Below, in pieces: positions 20,901 to 33,162 of a stretch of 64,000 bases of DNA. Position 1 is the stretch's first letter, and every line of letters begins with the position of its first letter. A program made the position numbers and the translations under genes. This DNA comes from an uncultured Phycisphaerales bacterium (GTDB taxonomy: Bacteria > Planctomycetota > Phycisphaerae > Tepidisphaerales > Tepidisphaeraceae): the NCBI GenBank assembly GCA_963755915.1, contig CAVWLP010000002.1:3584001-3648000 (forward strand). The letters run 5' to 3'. The notes beneath the pieces are model-generated. The model did no database searches. It saw only the letters and a program-made list of their open reading frames with translations, and was not told the origin of the DNA.

Positions 20901-21692
20901 CAGGACGATCGCTTGCTCGCCTTCGACGGTGCTGAGGTATCCGCCGCTGCCGAAGATCGACTGGCGATTGGCTTGGAGGATGGAGACGGCCTGGCTGAGG
21001 GTCAGCGCGGTGTAAGTAGCCATACCAGTGGTTGCGGGGATGGACCCGACGTAAGCGGTCGAGGCGGGGACGAACTGCGGGTCGGTGGTGCTGTACGCGG
21101 CGTAGACCGGTCGCGTCGACTGGCCGTTCGAGAGATAGGTTTGCGTCTGGTCGGCGTAAGGCGTGTAGATCGCGTAGAACATCAGCGTTAGCTGGACGGA
21201 TGTTTTGCCGGCGGTCATTGAGATGGGGATGGGGGCGGTTTCGTAGAAGAATTGGTTGGGATATTCGGGAGGTCCGCCGCTGTAATCCATCGCGGGAACA
21301 TCCGGAGCGTTGATGAAGGCCATCTGCCCGCCGTCGACGTCGCTGCCCCAGAGTTTGACGGTGAGATAATTCTGAAGGTTGGGATCGACGTTGAGCGTGA
21401 AAGTGAGCGCCTGGCTGGACGCGGTGCTGGTGGTGCCGTTGCCGTAGGGCTCTCGGTAGGTTTGGCCGTAGGCTCCGATGCCGGCGAGAGGAAGGCTGGA
21501 GAATCCGGGCTCGAAGTTGTGGACGGCCTCGGAAGCGGGGTTGCCGAAGTCGATCTCGTCGATGGCGTTGGAGGAGGTGAGGAGGAGACGCTGCTCGAGA
21601 AGTTCAACAACAGCGCCGCCGGCGGCCCGGAGGCGCGCGGCGGCACTGGGCGTTTGTGGTCTGGATCTTTTGGCTTCTGCGAAGTCCAACAC
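14959..21692 (-). CDS. Giant secreted multidomain protein (~2200 aa): uncharacterised N-terminal domain, three lectin-like beta-sandwich repeats, Ig/PKD-like repeats, dockerin-like C-terminus (frameshift near 17380)
   Basis: Planctomycete leader ELLEQRLLLT; three DIG...G.DI.G..D.F...KAG(V/I)M.R modules; YTW...GTYTF repeats; GDANLDGTVNGSDF. ORFs 17331..21692 and 14959..17514 join. Confidence 0.82.
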
Positions 21693-21719
21693 AACCTCGG
21701 CTTCACATGAGCGAAGGAC

Positions 21720-24700
21720 TTATCTGGATCGTCGCCGTTTCCGGGCCATAAGGCTGGCACTGCCGACGGCCAGCAGGCCGATGGTTGCGGGTTCGGGAAC
21801 GGCGGCAATCGTCGGCATCGGCAGGTTATTCGCCGCCGCGAACGCGTCGAGCGCCGCGATATCAGCCGGCGTTACAGTCGCCGCTGCGCCGCTGTCGCCC
21901 TGGCCGAAGTTGGCGGCTAAGGCGCTGAAGTCGGAGCCGTTGACGGAGGAGCCGTAGAGGAAGTTACCCTGGTCCCAGTTGGTGACGCCGAGGCCGAAGT
22001 TGGCGGCGAGGACGGAGAAGTCGGAGCCGTTGACGGTGCCATCCAGATTCGCGTCGCCGAGGAGCGTGTACTTCAGCTCGATTTCGCCGCTGGAGAGGCC
22101 AGCGACGTTGTGGGTGCCGTCGGCGCCGTCGGCCCAGCCTACGCCGTAGTGTAGGCCGTTGGTGGTGGATTGGGCGGTGCTGGAGATGATTCCGGTGGTG
22201 CCGTTCCAGGCGCCGTTGTTGAAGCCGGATTTGAGGTAGCCGTAGATGGTGGAAATCGGGTCGCTGCTGCCGTAGTCGATGATGATGTGGTTGTTGGTGA
22301 TGTCCAGGACGCTGTTGGGGGCGATGGTCAGGGAGGTGAGGTTGATGTTGCTGTTGGGATGGGCGGCGGTCCAGGTGCCGCTGGTGGTATTGCCGGCCAG
22401 GACGACGTTTCCGCCGGTGATGGCCATGCTGGCGGCGGTCAAACCGACGCCCAGCGTGAGCGTGCTGGTGCCGGTCTTATTGAACGCGCCGGCGTCGAGG
22501 ATCGTGCCGGCGCCGGTGATGGAATAGTTGCCGGAGCTGTTGACTGTCACCGAGCCGGGGCTGACGGTTGAATTCAGCGTGACGGAGTAGTTGCCGGCGT
22601 TGGTGTCGTTGAAGGTAATGTTGTCGCCGTCGGCATATGTGGTCGCGGCGGAGCCGGAGTTCCAGTTGTTGTTCGTAGTATCCCACGACGTTCCGTTGGT
22701 CGGCGAGCCTGCGCCGGTGTTGTCCCAGTAAATCGAGGGGGGGCCGGAGGAGATGATGGAGAGGAGGCCTTCGGTGTAGAGCTGGCTGGTGTTCCAGGAG
22801 AGATTGGCAGCGAGCGTCGGCAGAGTGATGGAGGTGAAGGTTCCGGTTTCGCTGCCGAAGCCGAGGATCTGATAGTCTTGCCCACCGGCGAAGGCGATGT
22901 TGTTGGGGTCATAGATGGTGAGGGTGCCGCCGAGGTTTGCCGAGCCGGTGCCGCCGCCGAAGACGAGATCGTCCGCGGTGTTCACGGCGGTGAGGTCTTC
23001 GGAGAGGCTGAGGGCCAGCGTCGAACCAGAGGCGACGTTGAGCGTGCTGGCGATGTCGCCGGCGGTGTTGACGGCCTGGCCGATGGAGACGGGGCCGTCG
23101 GCGGTGATGGTTCCAAGAATAGTGCCCTGGCCCATGAGGGTTTGGGTGGCGGCGAAGGTGAAGGGGCTTTGATTGCTGAAATCGATGGTTCCGCCGTTGG
23201 CGTTGACGGTGGTGACGTTGTTGATCGGCGTGTCGATGATAAGGTCGCTGGAGGCGCCGGTGGATTCAGCGGCGCCGGCCCAGATGTTGGAGCCCTCCAT
23301 TTCGAGCGTGCCGCCGCCCACGACATTGAGAGTGAGATAGCATTGAAAACCGGTGTTGAGGGTTCCGCTGAATTGTGTGTATTGGCCGAGCGCCCCGACT
23401 GCGAGAGTGGAGGTGTTGGCTATGCCCGAAACGTCCTGGCGGATGTATCCGGTGCCGGAAAGGGATCCGAACGAAATCGTACCGGCGCCGAAATTGAAAG
23501 AGGTGCTGTCGGTTCCGGCGTCGTAGGTGGCGAAGGAGGCGTTGGCGCTGCCGGCCGTTGCGGCGGTGAAACGGAAACGGCTGTTGCTGGAGCCGTAGTT
23601 GTCCATCGATCCGCTGAAGCCGCTGTTGTTACCGGAGAGGAAGACGTATCCGAATGTGCCGCCGGCGGGCTGTGTCAAATAGAGCGTTCCGCTGCCCGAG
23701 AGATTGCCGGCAACGGTGTAGGTGACGTTTGCGGTGGCGCCCAAATAGGAGACTCCCGAGCCGACAACGATATTGTTGGAGAAGATCACGCCGGCTGCGT
23801 TGCTGGATGTTAATACCGGATAGCCCGTTGCGCCCTGCCCGTTGAGGGTTACCGTACCGGTGCCCAGAGCGGTGTTGTTGCTGACATCGACAGTCCCGCC
23901 GTTGATGGTCGTTGGGCCGCTGTAGGTACTGGCGCCCTGGAGGGTGAGGTATCCAGGGCCGTTGGCGATAACCGAGCCGGTGCCGCTGATGATGCCGGAG
24001 TAAATCTGGGTGTTGGGATTGGCGAAGATCAGGGTGCCGCTGAGGTTCGTGTTACCGGCGAGGCTGCCGTTGTTGGAGACGCCGTCGCCGAGTTGGAGGG
24101 TGGCAGTGGGATTGACGTTGGTGTTGCCGTAGTAGGTATTGGCGCCGGTAAATTCCAAGGTACCCATTCCCGCGGCGGTGACCGAGCCGGGGCCGCTGAT
24201 GGCTCCGGCATAAGTCTCGTTATTGGGGTTTGCGAATACGACGGCGGTATTGTCGACGATGTTCCCGGCCACCGATCCATTATTGACGACGCCATCGCCC
24301 AGTTGGAGAGTTCCAGCGTTGACGTTGGTAACGCCCGAGTACATGTTGGCGTTGGTGAGCGTGAGGTTGCCGGGGCCGTTCACGTTAACTGCGCCGGTCC
24401 CGCTAATGACGTTGGCGTAGATTTGGGGGTTGGGGTTGGCGAAGGTGAGGGTGGCGTCGTCGGTGATATTGCCGGCAACGGAGCCGTTATTGGTAACGCC
24501 GTCGCCAAGCTGGAGCGTGCCGGTGCTGACGATCGTGCCGCCCGTATAACTTTCGGCGTTATTGAGGGTGAGGGTTCCCGAGCCGACCTTGTTCAAAGAG
24601 CCTCCGCCGCTGAGGACGCCGGAAAAGGTGGTGGAGGAGGAGTTATTTCCGACGGACAGGGAGACGGCGGCGGAGGCGTTGTTCGTGAGTCCCAGGTTCG

Positions 24701-27700
24701 TCGAGCCACTGAGCCCGCCGAGCGTGAAGGCGTCTGAGGAGACGGAGCTGTCGAAAATCAGGGAGTTGGCGAGGGTGTAAGAGAGGGTGCTGTTTTGCAG
24801 GGCGCTCGAATTGGAGAGATCGAGCTTTCCGGCGGTGATCGACGTTTGGCCGGAATATGTGTTGGCGCCGGAGAGGGTGGTGACGCCGCTGCCGGTGTTG
24901 TTGATGTTGAGGGCGAGCGTGCTGCCGGAGCCGGAGCCGTCGGCGATCGTGCCGCTGATGGTCGTGCCGCCGGTGCTGGTGTTGGTGAGAGTAAGGGTTT
25001 CAGGATTGCTGGCCGAGCTGGAGCCGGCGACGTTGCTGGAGACGGTGAGGGAATTGGCGGATTTGTTGGTCCAGGATTGGGCGGCGGCGGCAATGACGGT
25101 GCCGGTGGTGTTGATGTTGAGCCCGGCCGACCCGCTTTGGACGACGATGCCGGTGCCGGCGGAGTATCCCAACCCGCCTGCCGCGCTGGCGGCGGCCTGG
25201 AGGGTGAGGTTTCCGCTGCCCCCGATGCTGGTGACCGTGCCGGTCGTGGCAGTCGTCTGCCCGGAGCCCAGGATCGTCAGGCTGTTGATGCTGTAGCTGG
25301 TTTCAAGCATCGTGTTCAGCGAGGCGGAGGTGGCGTTGAGGTTGGCGAAGACGACATCGGTGTTGCTGCCGGGAAGCTGGCCGGTGTCGGTGGCGCCGGT
25401 CTGGGTGGTGTCCCAGTTGGTGGTGCTGGCGCCGTGATCGCCCCAGTTAGAGGAGCCGCCTTGTACGCCCGACCAGTAGGCGACGTTGGGTGCGGCAGTT
25501 CCCGAGACGACAAGCTGGAGATCGTTGGTGGCCAATTGGAGCTGATACGTTTCGCCGAAGGGGGCGGTGTTGGCCAGGGAGAGGTTGGAGCCGACGGTGA
25601 AGCCGGATTCGGAGCCGAAGCTGATGAGGTTGTAGGTGCCGGCCTCGATCGATCCGAGGAGATCAAGGTTGACGGTTGCGCCGCTGGCGTTGCCGGTCAG
25701 AGCCCCTGCGCCAGATTGATCGAGTTATTGGTGATCGCATTGTTTGCGATATCGAAGTAGAGCTCGTTCGCCGACCCGGTGGCGGCGCCGAGGGTCAACC
25801 CCCCGGTGAGATTCAATGCATCGACGGCTCCGTCGCGCAGATCGATATTTGTGCCCGCCGCGGCTGTGACCAGCCCCGCGACAGTTCCATTGCCTTTGAG
25901 GGTGCCGCTGTTTAGCGCGATTCCACTGCCGGAAAGGGTTCCGGAAACTGTCAGTGTTCCCCCTCCGAAGGTCAGGCCGCCGGTAACGGGCTTTTTCCGC
26001 TGAGGGTGAGATTGCCGCTGGTCACGTTAAGGCCGAGGTTGTTGTTATTGGCGCCTGAGCCGCCGATTGCGCCGGAATAGACATCGGTGCCGGAGGCGGC
26101 GAGTGTGAGAGTAGAGACAGAGGCGTTGCCACCGATGATCGCGTTGGCAGTTCCGCTGCCCGAGGTAGTGATGCTGGTGACGGTCGTGTTGACCGCAGCG
26201 GTCGCGTCGCCGAGTTGGAAGACGCCGCTGGTTGTGCCGCTGCCAAGGTTGAGGAAATTGCTGGTGGCGAGAACGCCGCCGTGGCCGAGGATGAGGGTTC
26301 CATTCTCGACGGATGTTCCGCCGGTGTATGTGTTGCCGGTGCCGAGCAGCGTCATGGTTCCGGTTCCATCGAGGACGAACGCGCCGCCGGCGGCCGATCC
26401 GTTGAGGAGATTGCCGCTGTAAGTGGTGCTGTCGCCGTCGCCGCCGACGGTGAGGGTCATTGCCTGCACGGTGGTGTTATTATTGGCGAGGGTAATGTTC
26501 TGCGCACCTTCCAGCCCGCCGAAGGTGTAGGCGGTGAGCCCCGTAGTGCCGCCGTTGCCGAACGTGAACGATGCGCCGTAGTTGTTGTAGTTGAGCGTGG
26601 AATCCTGGAGGGCCAGGCCGTTGGTCAGCCGGACGGTCATGGCGTTTTCATTGCCCTCAAAGGTCGTCGTCCCGGTATACGTGTTGCTGCCGGCGAGAAC
26701 CAGGTTCGACGTGCTGCCATTTAAATCGTCAAGTGTGACGGTGAGGCCGCCGGTTCCGGTAATTTCGCTATTGATCGTAAGCGAGCGCGTATTCGAAACC
26801 TCGACGCAGCCCTCGGAGGAACCGAAGGCGAGGATGCCGTTGTTCGCCGTCGAGCCGATCACGAAGCCCACATTGGCCATAATCGCGCCGCTCGACACGC
26901 TAAGGGACGTGCTGCTCGTGCCAAAAGTGATGGTCCCACCGGTCCCGTAGAGGGAATTGATGGTCGTGTTTGCGCTGATGCTTGTATTGCCGCTGATTTT
27001 GGCGTTTTCACCCTCGCTGCCGGAGCCGAGACTCATACCGCTTGTGAGTGCGGCCATTTCGGTGCTGGTATTGAGTGCTCTGAGCCCGTTCACGGGATCG
27101 TAGGTCGCGATGGTGGCGTTGACCGACGCCCAGGGAAGAACGCTGAGGTTAACTGTGCCCGAAGCGCCGCCATTGCCAATCAGCGCGGGGGCGGTGGTGA
27201 AAACGACGTTTTGCGAATTTGCAGTCTGGCTGGCGATTGAATCGAGCCCCACGTTGAGCGAGGCGTTTTGCACGTTGCGGTCGAAACTCAGATGCGTGCC
27301 CGGTGATCGATTCACGGACGAGAATAGAAGCTGTTCGTTGCCGGCCGTATTTTCGTTCAGCGAAACCCGAAGCTCACCGCTATTAAGATTGAGCGTTCCC
27401 GCCGATTCAACGAAATCGCCGGTGGTATTGCCGGTGTTGACGATCATACCGAACGCGTTGCTGCCACCCGTGCTGGTGGAGCCTGCGCCGACGATTCCGG
27501 ACGCAACGTTGTAGGTGCCCGCCGTCGTCTGAACGATGTTCAGAACGGGACTGGTCGCCAGCCCGTTGACGCCGATCGTTACCGTTGAATTAGCCAACGT
27601 GGCGCTGTTTCCATTCAAGAGCAGCGTGCCGCTCTGAATATCGGTTGAACCCGAGTAGGTCTCGGCGGCGGAGAGAGTGACCGTGCCGGCGTTGTTGGCG

Positions 27701-28305
27701 GGATTCACCATCAACCCGCCAGCGCCGCTGATGACGCCGGAGATGTTGATCGCGCCGTTAGCGCCCACGCCGGTGTTGAGGGTGAGCAGGTTGCCGCCGT
27801 TGTTGACGGTTCCGGAGACGCCGAGAGTGTCGCCGGTAGTGTTGGCGGCGGTCCAGGTCGAGGCAGCCGTGAGGATGAGGGGAACGGAAAGCGCTTCGGT
27901 CGAGCCGGCGTTGTCGGAGATGTTTCCGCCGAGGCTCAGCGTGTCGCTGGAATTCAGCGGAGCGATGGTGAACCCGCTGCCTCCGGCATTGAAGGTCAGG
28001 CCGTTGATGGCGAGGCTGGCAAAGTCGTCCGTGAGGGATGTGCCGGTCGTGCCGGCTACGGCGAAGACGAGGGTATCACCGTTCTGCGGCGGGGCGTTGC
28101 CGCCGGTCCAGTCGGTGCTGTCCCAGTTGGTGAAGCTCGCGCCGACCCAGGTTTCGGTAGCGCCGCTGGCCAGATGCGTGGAGACGAGAGTCGCCGTCGC
28201 CGCGGCAGAGAGGCAGGCGAGGCGCGCCAGACGGCGGCGCCGTGACTCTGAATTCTGTTTGCGAAGAGAACTTTCTAAAGACCGAACCTTTTGACCGCTT
28301 TTCAT
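21720..28305 (-). CDS. Giant PEP-CTERM protein with autotransporter-associated beta-strand repeats and dockerin-like module (frameshifts near 25985 and 25712)
   Basis: GGAGG-ATG start and signal peptide, many NTYSG.T.I..GTL repeats, GDANLDGTVNGSDF, and VPEPATIGLL..RKRRRSR. Confidence 0.87.
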
Positions 28306-28359
28306 CGTACCCTCCAAAAATTTCTTTCCTGATCGGTGGCTTGGATCAACGAACTGCGC

Positions 28360-28869
28360 TTACGGCAAAACCTCCTGCGGATCGCCGTCGCTTCCGGGCG
28401 GAGCCTGCACGGCAAGGATGTCGCCCAGGCGAGAGTTGGGATCGAGCGTGCCCAGGGCGACCCATCGGGTCCCGCCCGGCTTTTTCACTTCGCCAGCCCC
28501 TTTTCTGATTGACAATGCAGCTTGCGAGGAAACCCTCTCGTCCGGGGTCATCGCGTCCAACGCGGCTTTCGCGTCGGGTGGGAACTTCAGCAGATAGCCG
28601 ATAAACGGCTGTCCATCCCCGCAGCGATATACGACCGCCTGAACGGCTCTTTTTCCGTTAAAATCAAACGGCGCGATATTCGATGCGTCATCGGCGAAAA
28701 ATGTCTTTCCATCATCCACGGAGAAATAAAGCTGGCTGCCCATTCGCATCGGCGCCGTGTCCTGCTGGCGGTTGGCCGCATAAATGATCGAAACGAGCAG
28801 GGCGGTGCCGGCAATGACCATCGCGGCGGTTGTCTTGGGGCGATTATTCAAGGTTTCTCGCACGGACAT
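28360..28869 (-). CDS. Conserved single-TM protein, partner of the prepilin-like gene
   Basis: N-terminal TM then YFSVDDGKTFF..IAPFDFNGKRAV.A.VY; paralogue of 41226..41714. Confidence 0.8.
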   Translation of the reverse strand: MSVRETLNNRPKTTAAMVIAGTALLVSIIYAANRQQDTAPMRMGSQLYFSVDDGKTFFADDASNIAPFDFNGKRAVQAVVYRCGDGQPFIGYLLKFPPDAKAALDAMTPDERVSSQAALSIRKGAGEVKKPGGTRWVALGTLDPNSRLGDILAVQAPPGSDGDPQEVLP

Positions 28870-28926
28870 TTGTTTCCAGGCCTTCGTGTCGTTGCGTGCC
28901 GTTTCAAATTCGGTCGCGCCGGATGC

Positions 28927-29952
28927 TCACCATCTCGGCTGAGGATGAGTCGGCATCACGTACAATTGCCCGCCCAGCCCCGGTTCCGTTTTTACCGGTC
29001 CGGCGACGTATGCCTGCGTCAGTGGGAACCAGACGGTTCGGACCGAACCATCCGCAAACGCCACGTTCGTGTAGCCCACGAAACTGGGCGTTGAGATTCC
29101 GGCGTTTATGTAACTGCCAACCCGCCTTTGCATTGAGTGATAGATGACCCCGGGTGCCGCCCCGGCGCCGGTTCCTTGCGTCCCATCCACGGGGCTCGGC
29201 ATGTGATAATTGAAGCCGAAGACCGTGCTACTGATACCCGGCTCCTGGCGGAACCACCACCCGTCAAGAGCGTTACCCTCTGCGAGCCGAATTTCGGGAA
29301 TGCCCGTTTGTTCCCACGCGGCGACGGCACCGTCGTTGTTGTAATTGGCGTCGATAAACAGGGCGTACATTGGCGCCTGCTTGATCTGACTGATCTTGTA
29401 GGGCTCAAGAATGACCTGGGTTCCGGTCTGTTGCTCCGGCCCTGTAAGCAGCGGGAGGGAGGTGCCATCCAACCAGCGGCCGAAGAGAGAATTATTGCAT
29501 AGATAAGAGATGTAACCTTTAGACTGCGCACCCGTCGTCTGATCGGGACACTGTGCCTGCAAGGACGGACAAACATACAGGTGCGCGTCGTCTCCGTTGC
29601 TGAAATATTGAGTCAGCAGGCAAGCCGGATCACTGCCCACCTGGATGAACCCGTCGTTGGGAAACATGCTCGGCCCGACGTAATGCGAAGCCGTGTCGGC
29701 GGCGAACATCATCGGGGGCAGCGAGCCCTGGTTGTTGGAGGCGTAAAGCATGCAGGCATTCGTTAGCTCGCGCATGTGCGCCATGCACTGCACACCGATG
29801 GCCTGCTGGCGGGCCTTGTTGAGGGCCGGAAGGAGAATCGCAACGAGGATGGCGATGATGCCGATGACGACGAGGAGTTCGACAAGAGTAAATCCGCCTG
29901 GCGTAAATCCGCGTGAGATGAATCGGCGTGATTTGATTCGAGATGCCTCCAT
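28927..29952 (-). CDS. Prepilin-type N-terminal cleavage/methylation protein (DUF1559-like)
   Basis: [33 protein letters not shown] and C-terminal NVAFADGSV. Confidence 0.92.
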   Translation of the reverse strand: MEASRIKSRRFISRGFTPGGFTLVELLVVIGIIAILVAILLPALNKARQQAIGVQCMAHMRELTNACMLYASNNQGSLPPMMFAADTASHYVGPSMFPNDGFIQVGSDPACLLTQYFSNGDDAHLYVCPSLQAQCPDQTTGAQSKGYISYLCNNSLFGRWLDGTSLPLLTGPEQQTGTQVILEPYKISQIKQAPMYALFIDANYNNDGAVAAWEQTGIPEIRLAEGNALDGWWFRQEPGISSTVFGFNYHMPSPVDGTQGTGAGAAPGVIYHSMQRRVGSYINAGISTPSFVGYTNVAFADGSVRTVWFPLTQAYVAGPVKTEPGLGGQLYVMPTHPQPRW

Positions 29953-30130
29953 CGATGCCTCCGGCGATACGGGCGTAGGATCGGGCGTCCGGATGCGACA
30001 GACGCCAGGGCTTGTTTGCCTTCAAGGCCGTCCGCCAAACATGCTCCGCAGATCGAATCCGGCGGCTTAGGGAAGACTTGGGCCGGCACCGATCTGACGC
30101 TGATTAACATACAACGCGCCCAGTGGGTTG

Positions 30131-30177
30131 ATAGTGATCTTTTCACCATATCGATGCGTTTTGAGGGACATTTTGCG
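30131..30177 (-). promoter_or_regulatory. 47-bp upstream element, copy A
   Basis: 45/47 identical to 36934-36980, and shares both end boxes with 31439-31485. Confidence 0.75.
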
Positions 30178-30209
30178 TAAGACATGGTTGATCGGTTAGA
30201 CTGCCCCCG

Positions 30210-31412
30210 ATGCCCAGGACGCCGGCTCCATCACAGCTGTCCCGAGCCGCGCCCCAGCGCCGCAAGCTGCGAATCGCGCTGCGGCTGCTGGTCTGGTCGG
30301 AGTGGGCGCGGCAGGTTTTCCGCGGTGTGCAGGGGTATGCCCACTCCATGCCCGACTGGCAGCTTCAAGTCGTTACCGGCACCGACGATTCCGTCGCCAA
30401 CATGGGGAACATCCAGTGGGACGGCGTCATCACCCACGTGCTGGGTAACATCCCGGCCATCCGCCGGTTGCGCCGCGGAGGGCAGGTGAAGATCGTCTCC
30501 TTCACGGCGGCGCATCCAAAAGCGCTGCTCTCGATTCCCTCGGTGCGCGTGGACGATTCAGCGATTGCCCAGGCGATCGGCCAGCATTTCCTTTCCGGCG
30601 GATTCCGGCGTTTTGCCTACTATCGCACCGCCACGCGCACGCCGATCCAGGACTACCGGGCGCAGGCGCTGATGGAATTTGCAGGCTCCGTGAATTGCCC
30701 CTGCGAGATGGCGCCCTATCGGTCCAGCACGACGACAACCAGCTCGGTGAAGGAGCTGAAACGCTGGATCGCCCGGCTGCAAAAGCCGGTGGGTATTTTC
30801 GCCTGGTCGATGGGCGATGCGGTTCGCATCGTGCAGGCCTGCGTCGAGCTGGGTGTGCCGGTTCCCGAACAGGCCGCGATTGTGTCGTGGGACGACGATT
30901 CGCTCCTGTCGGAAAGCGTTTCGCTGACCGTTTCCGGCGCGGTACTGCCGGCGGAAAAGCTCGGCAGAGAAGCGGCGAAACTGCTCGATCGTCTCCTCCG
31001 CGGCGGAGGCCTGCCACACGAGCCCGTGCTGGTGCAGCCGTCAGGCGTGATCCATATTCGCCAGTCTTCCGATGTCTCCACGATTGCCGATCGCGATGTC
31101 CACCTGGCGACACGATATATAGTGGAGCATGCCTCGCAGCCGCTGGCGGTGAAGCAATTAATCGCGGAACTGCACGTCTCGCGCAGCAAGCTGGAACGCG
31201 ATTTCCGCCGGGTGACAGGGCAGACGCTCAACGAGGCGATCGTCGCCGCCCACATGGAACGGGCCCGGCAACTGCTCGTTGAGACGGATTGGCCAATAGA
31301 CCGCGTCGCCAAATATGCGGGCTTCGGCACCAAGCGGCACTTCCATCGAATCTTTTTCCGAATGCAGAAGACGACGCCGGACCAGTATCGCCGGCGTTTC
31401 GCGCCGGTCTGA
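30210..31412 (+). CDS. XylR-type regulator (periplasmic-binding-fold sensor plus AraC HTH)
   Basis: GHF...GFRRFAY, VPEQAAIV, IRQSSD and C-terminal AraC motif ARQLLVETDWPIDRVAKYAGF...TPDQYRR. Confidence 0.9.
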   Translation: MPRTPAPSQLSRAAPQRRKLRIALRLLVWSEWARQVFRGVQGYAHSMPDWQLQVVTGTDDSVANMGNIQWDGVITHVLGNIPAIRRLRRGGQVKIVSFTAAHPKALLSIPSVRVDDSAIAQAIGQHFLSGGFRRFAYYRTATRTPIQDYRAQALMEFAGSVNCPCEMAPYRSSTTTTSSVKELKRWIARLQKPVGIFAWSMGDAVRIVQACVELGVPVPEQAAIVSWDDDSLLSESVSLTVSGAVLPAEKLGREAAKLLDRLLRGGGLPHEPVLVQPSGVIHIRQSSDVSTIADRDVHLATRYIVEHASQPLAVKQLIAELHVSRSKLERDFRRVTGQTLNEAIVAAHMERARQLLVETDWPIDRVAKYAGFGTKRHFHRIFFRMQKTTPDQYRRRFAPV

Positions 31413-31438
31413 GCGGCAATTTCCCGCATTCCGCGTGA

Positions 31439-31485
31439 CGCAAAATGTCCCCAAAATAGGCAGCTTCTAATCTAAAAGTCACTAT
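31439..31485 (+). promoter_or_regulatory. 47-bp upstream element, copy C
   Basis: CGCAAAATGTCCC...AAAAGTCACTAT, same overall length as copies A and B, 35 nt before the dehydrogenase ATG. Confidence 0.65.
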
Positions 31486-31520
31486 TGGCGGTTGCCCGCA
31501 TTGAGTATCCTCCCGGTGTC

Positions 31521-32632
31521 ATGTCGAAACTGAAAGGGTTATACGTCCTTGACGCAGATGCGTTTGGCCTGATTTACCCTCCGGCGATCCGCGAAGCGAT
31601 TGGGCGGCATGTGGAAATGGTCGCCGGGCCGCAGACGCGCCAGTCGCTGCCGGAAAACCTCGCGCTGCTCGAGGAGGTGCAGGTCATTTTCAGCGGGTGG
31701 GGGGCGCCGATTTTTGATGAATACCTGCTCGACGCCGCCTCCCGGCTCGAGGCTATTTTTACGGCGCTGGGTCGGCGGGGTACTGCATCACGCCCACAGT
31801 CTGGGACCGGGGAATCGTGATGACCACCGCGCTCTACGCCAACGCCGTTCCCGTCGCGGAATACACGATGGCGATGATTTTGCTGTCCCTGAAGCGCATG
31901 TGGCAACTCGTGCGCCGGATGCACGATGAGAAGCGCTATCCGGACCGGAATGTGGCGGCCGGGTGTTACGGCTCAAGCGTCGGGCTGATTTCGCTTGGCG
32001 CCATTGCCCGGACCCTGGTGAAAAAGCTGGCCGTGTGCGATCTGCGCGTGAAGGTATACGATCCGTTCCTCACCGAAGCCGAGGCGGCGGTTCTGGGCGT
32101 ACAGCGCATGGCGCTCGATGAGATTTTCCGTACGTGCGATGTCGTGTCGCTGCACGCGCCCTTCTTCGAAGAGACGCAAGGCATGATCGGGCGCGAGCAT
32201 TTCGGGCTGATGAAGGAGGGGGCCACGTTCATCAACACGGCCCGCGCGGAAGTGGTTCGGCAGGACGAAATGCTCGAGGTGGCACGCAAGCGTGCGGATC
32301 TACAATTTATACTCGACGTATTTGAGCCCGAGCCGCCGCCGGTGGATTCGCCGGTTTTTTCTTTGCCGAATATCTTGCTGACGCCGCACATTGCCGGATC
32401 GGTGGGGAAGGAATGCAGCCGGATGGGGCAATTCATGGTGGAAGAGCTGGAGAGATATGTGCGCGGCGAGCCGCTGATTTGGGAGGTAACGCCCGAACTG
32501 GCGGCGAATTCGACGCACCGGCTGGTGAAGCACCCGCCGCGCAAGGCTCCGTCGGTGGCAGTGGCGATATCGAAATTGCGGCGTGCGCCGGCGGGGGCGA
32601 TGGATGGGGCCGTGCAGGTTCCCGTGGATTGA
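31521..32632 (+). CDS. D-isomer-specific 2-hydroxyacid dehydrogenase (frameshift near 31760)
   Basis: FSGWGAP, NAVPVAEY, GLISLGAIA, DVVSLHAP, FINTAR, LDVFEPEP, TPHIAGS. Confidence 0.9.
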
Positions 32633-32671
32633 CTACTGCCCCATCCTGCGGATGCGTAAGATTGTTGGAAC

Positions 32672-33160
32672 ATGAGGGTTTCGATTATCAAGCGGCTGGT
32701 CATTCTGACGATCGCACTGATCGCGTCGCGCGGCTCTCGCGCAATCTCCGCCGTTTATCGACGTCCTCAGTTTCGGGGACGGCGCTTCGGAACAGCAGTA
32801 CCGCGTGATTTCCATAGACAGCGAAGTGACCTTCGGCGCGCTCGATCAACATGCCCGGCGGCTCCACCCTTCCGCTTCCGGCGGATGGGAAGCGGGCCGG
32901 ATCGCCTTTGTGATGAAAGTCGATCCCGCAAGGCAGGCATATCTCACAGCCCGCTTCTGGGGCGATGAAATTAATACCAACTATCTAATTCTTTTCTGCG
33001 ACGAGCAGGTCGGTTATCGCCACCTGGGGGATGCGGATGTGCTGGGCGTTCCGGACGATTAGCCGCGAAATAACGGCCGGTTTTATTGTGACGACTCCGC
33101 TGCCGATTGCGATGACGCAGGGGAAGAGCTCGCTAGCGATGGGAGTTCGCCTTCGACTCA
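32672..33160 (+). pseudogene. Decayed 5' fragment of a secreted protein related to the N-terminal domain of 14959..21692
   Basis: FVMKVDPARQAYLTARFWGDE and TTPLPIAMTQGKSSL align with FTLNVDPNLQNYLTVKLWGSD and TAPIPISMTAGKTSV. It has several frame breaks and ends abruptly. Confidence 0.65.
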
Positions 33161-33162
33161 AG

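Noticed and set aside
17331-26000. Programmed frameshifting or phase variation in the giant surface genes
   Set aside because: No long slippery or simple-sequence tracts at the shift sites, and the same kind of indel affects ordinary enzymes throughout the window.
15000-28300. Numerous long plus-strand and alternate-frame ORFs
   Set aside because: These are shadow ORFs of GC-rich repetitive genes, with low-complexity translations and no motifs.
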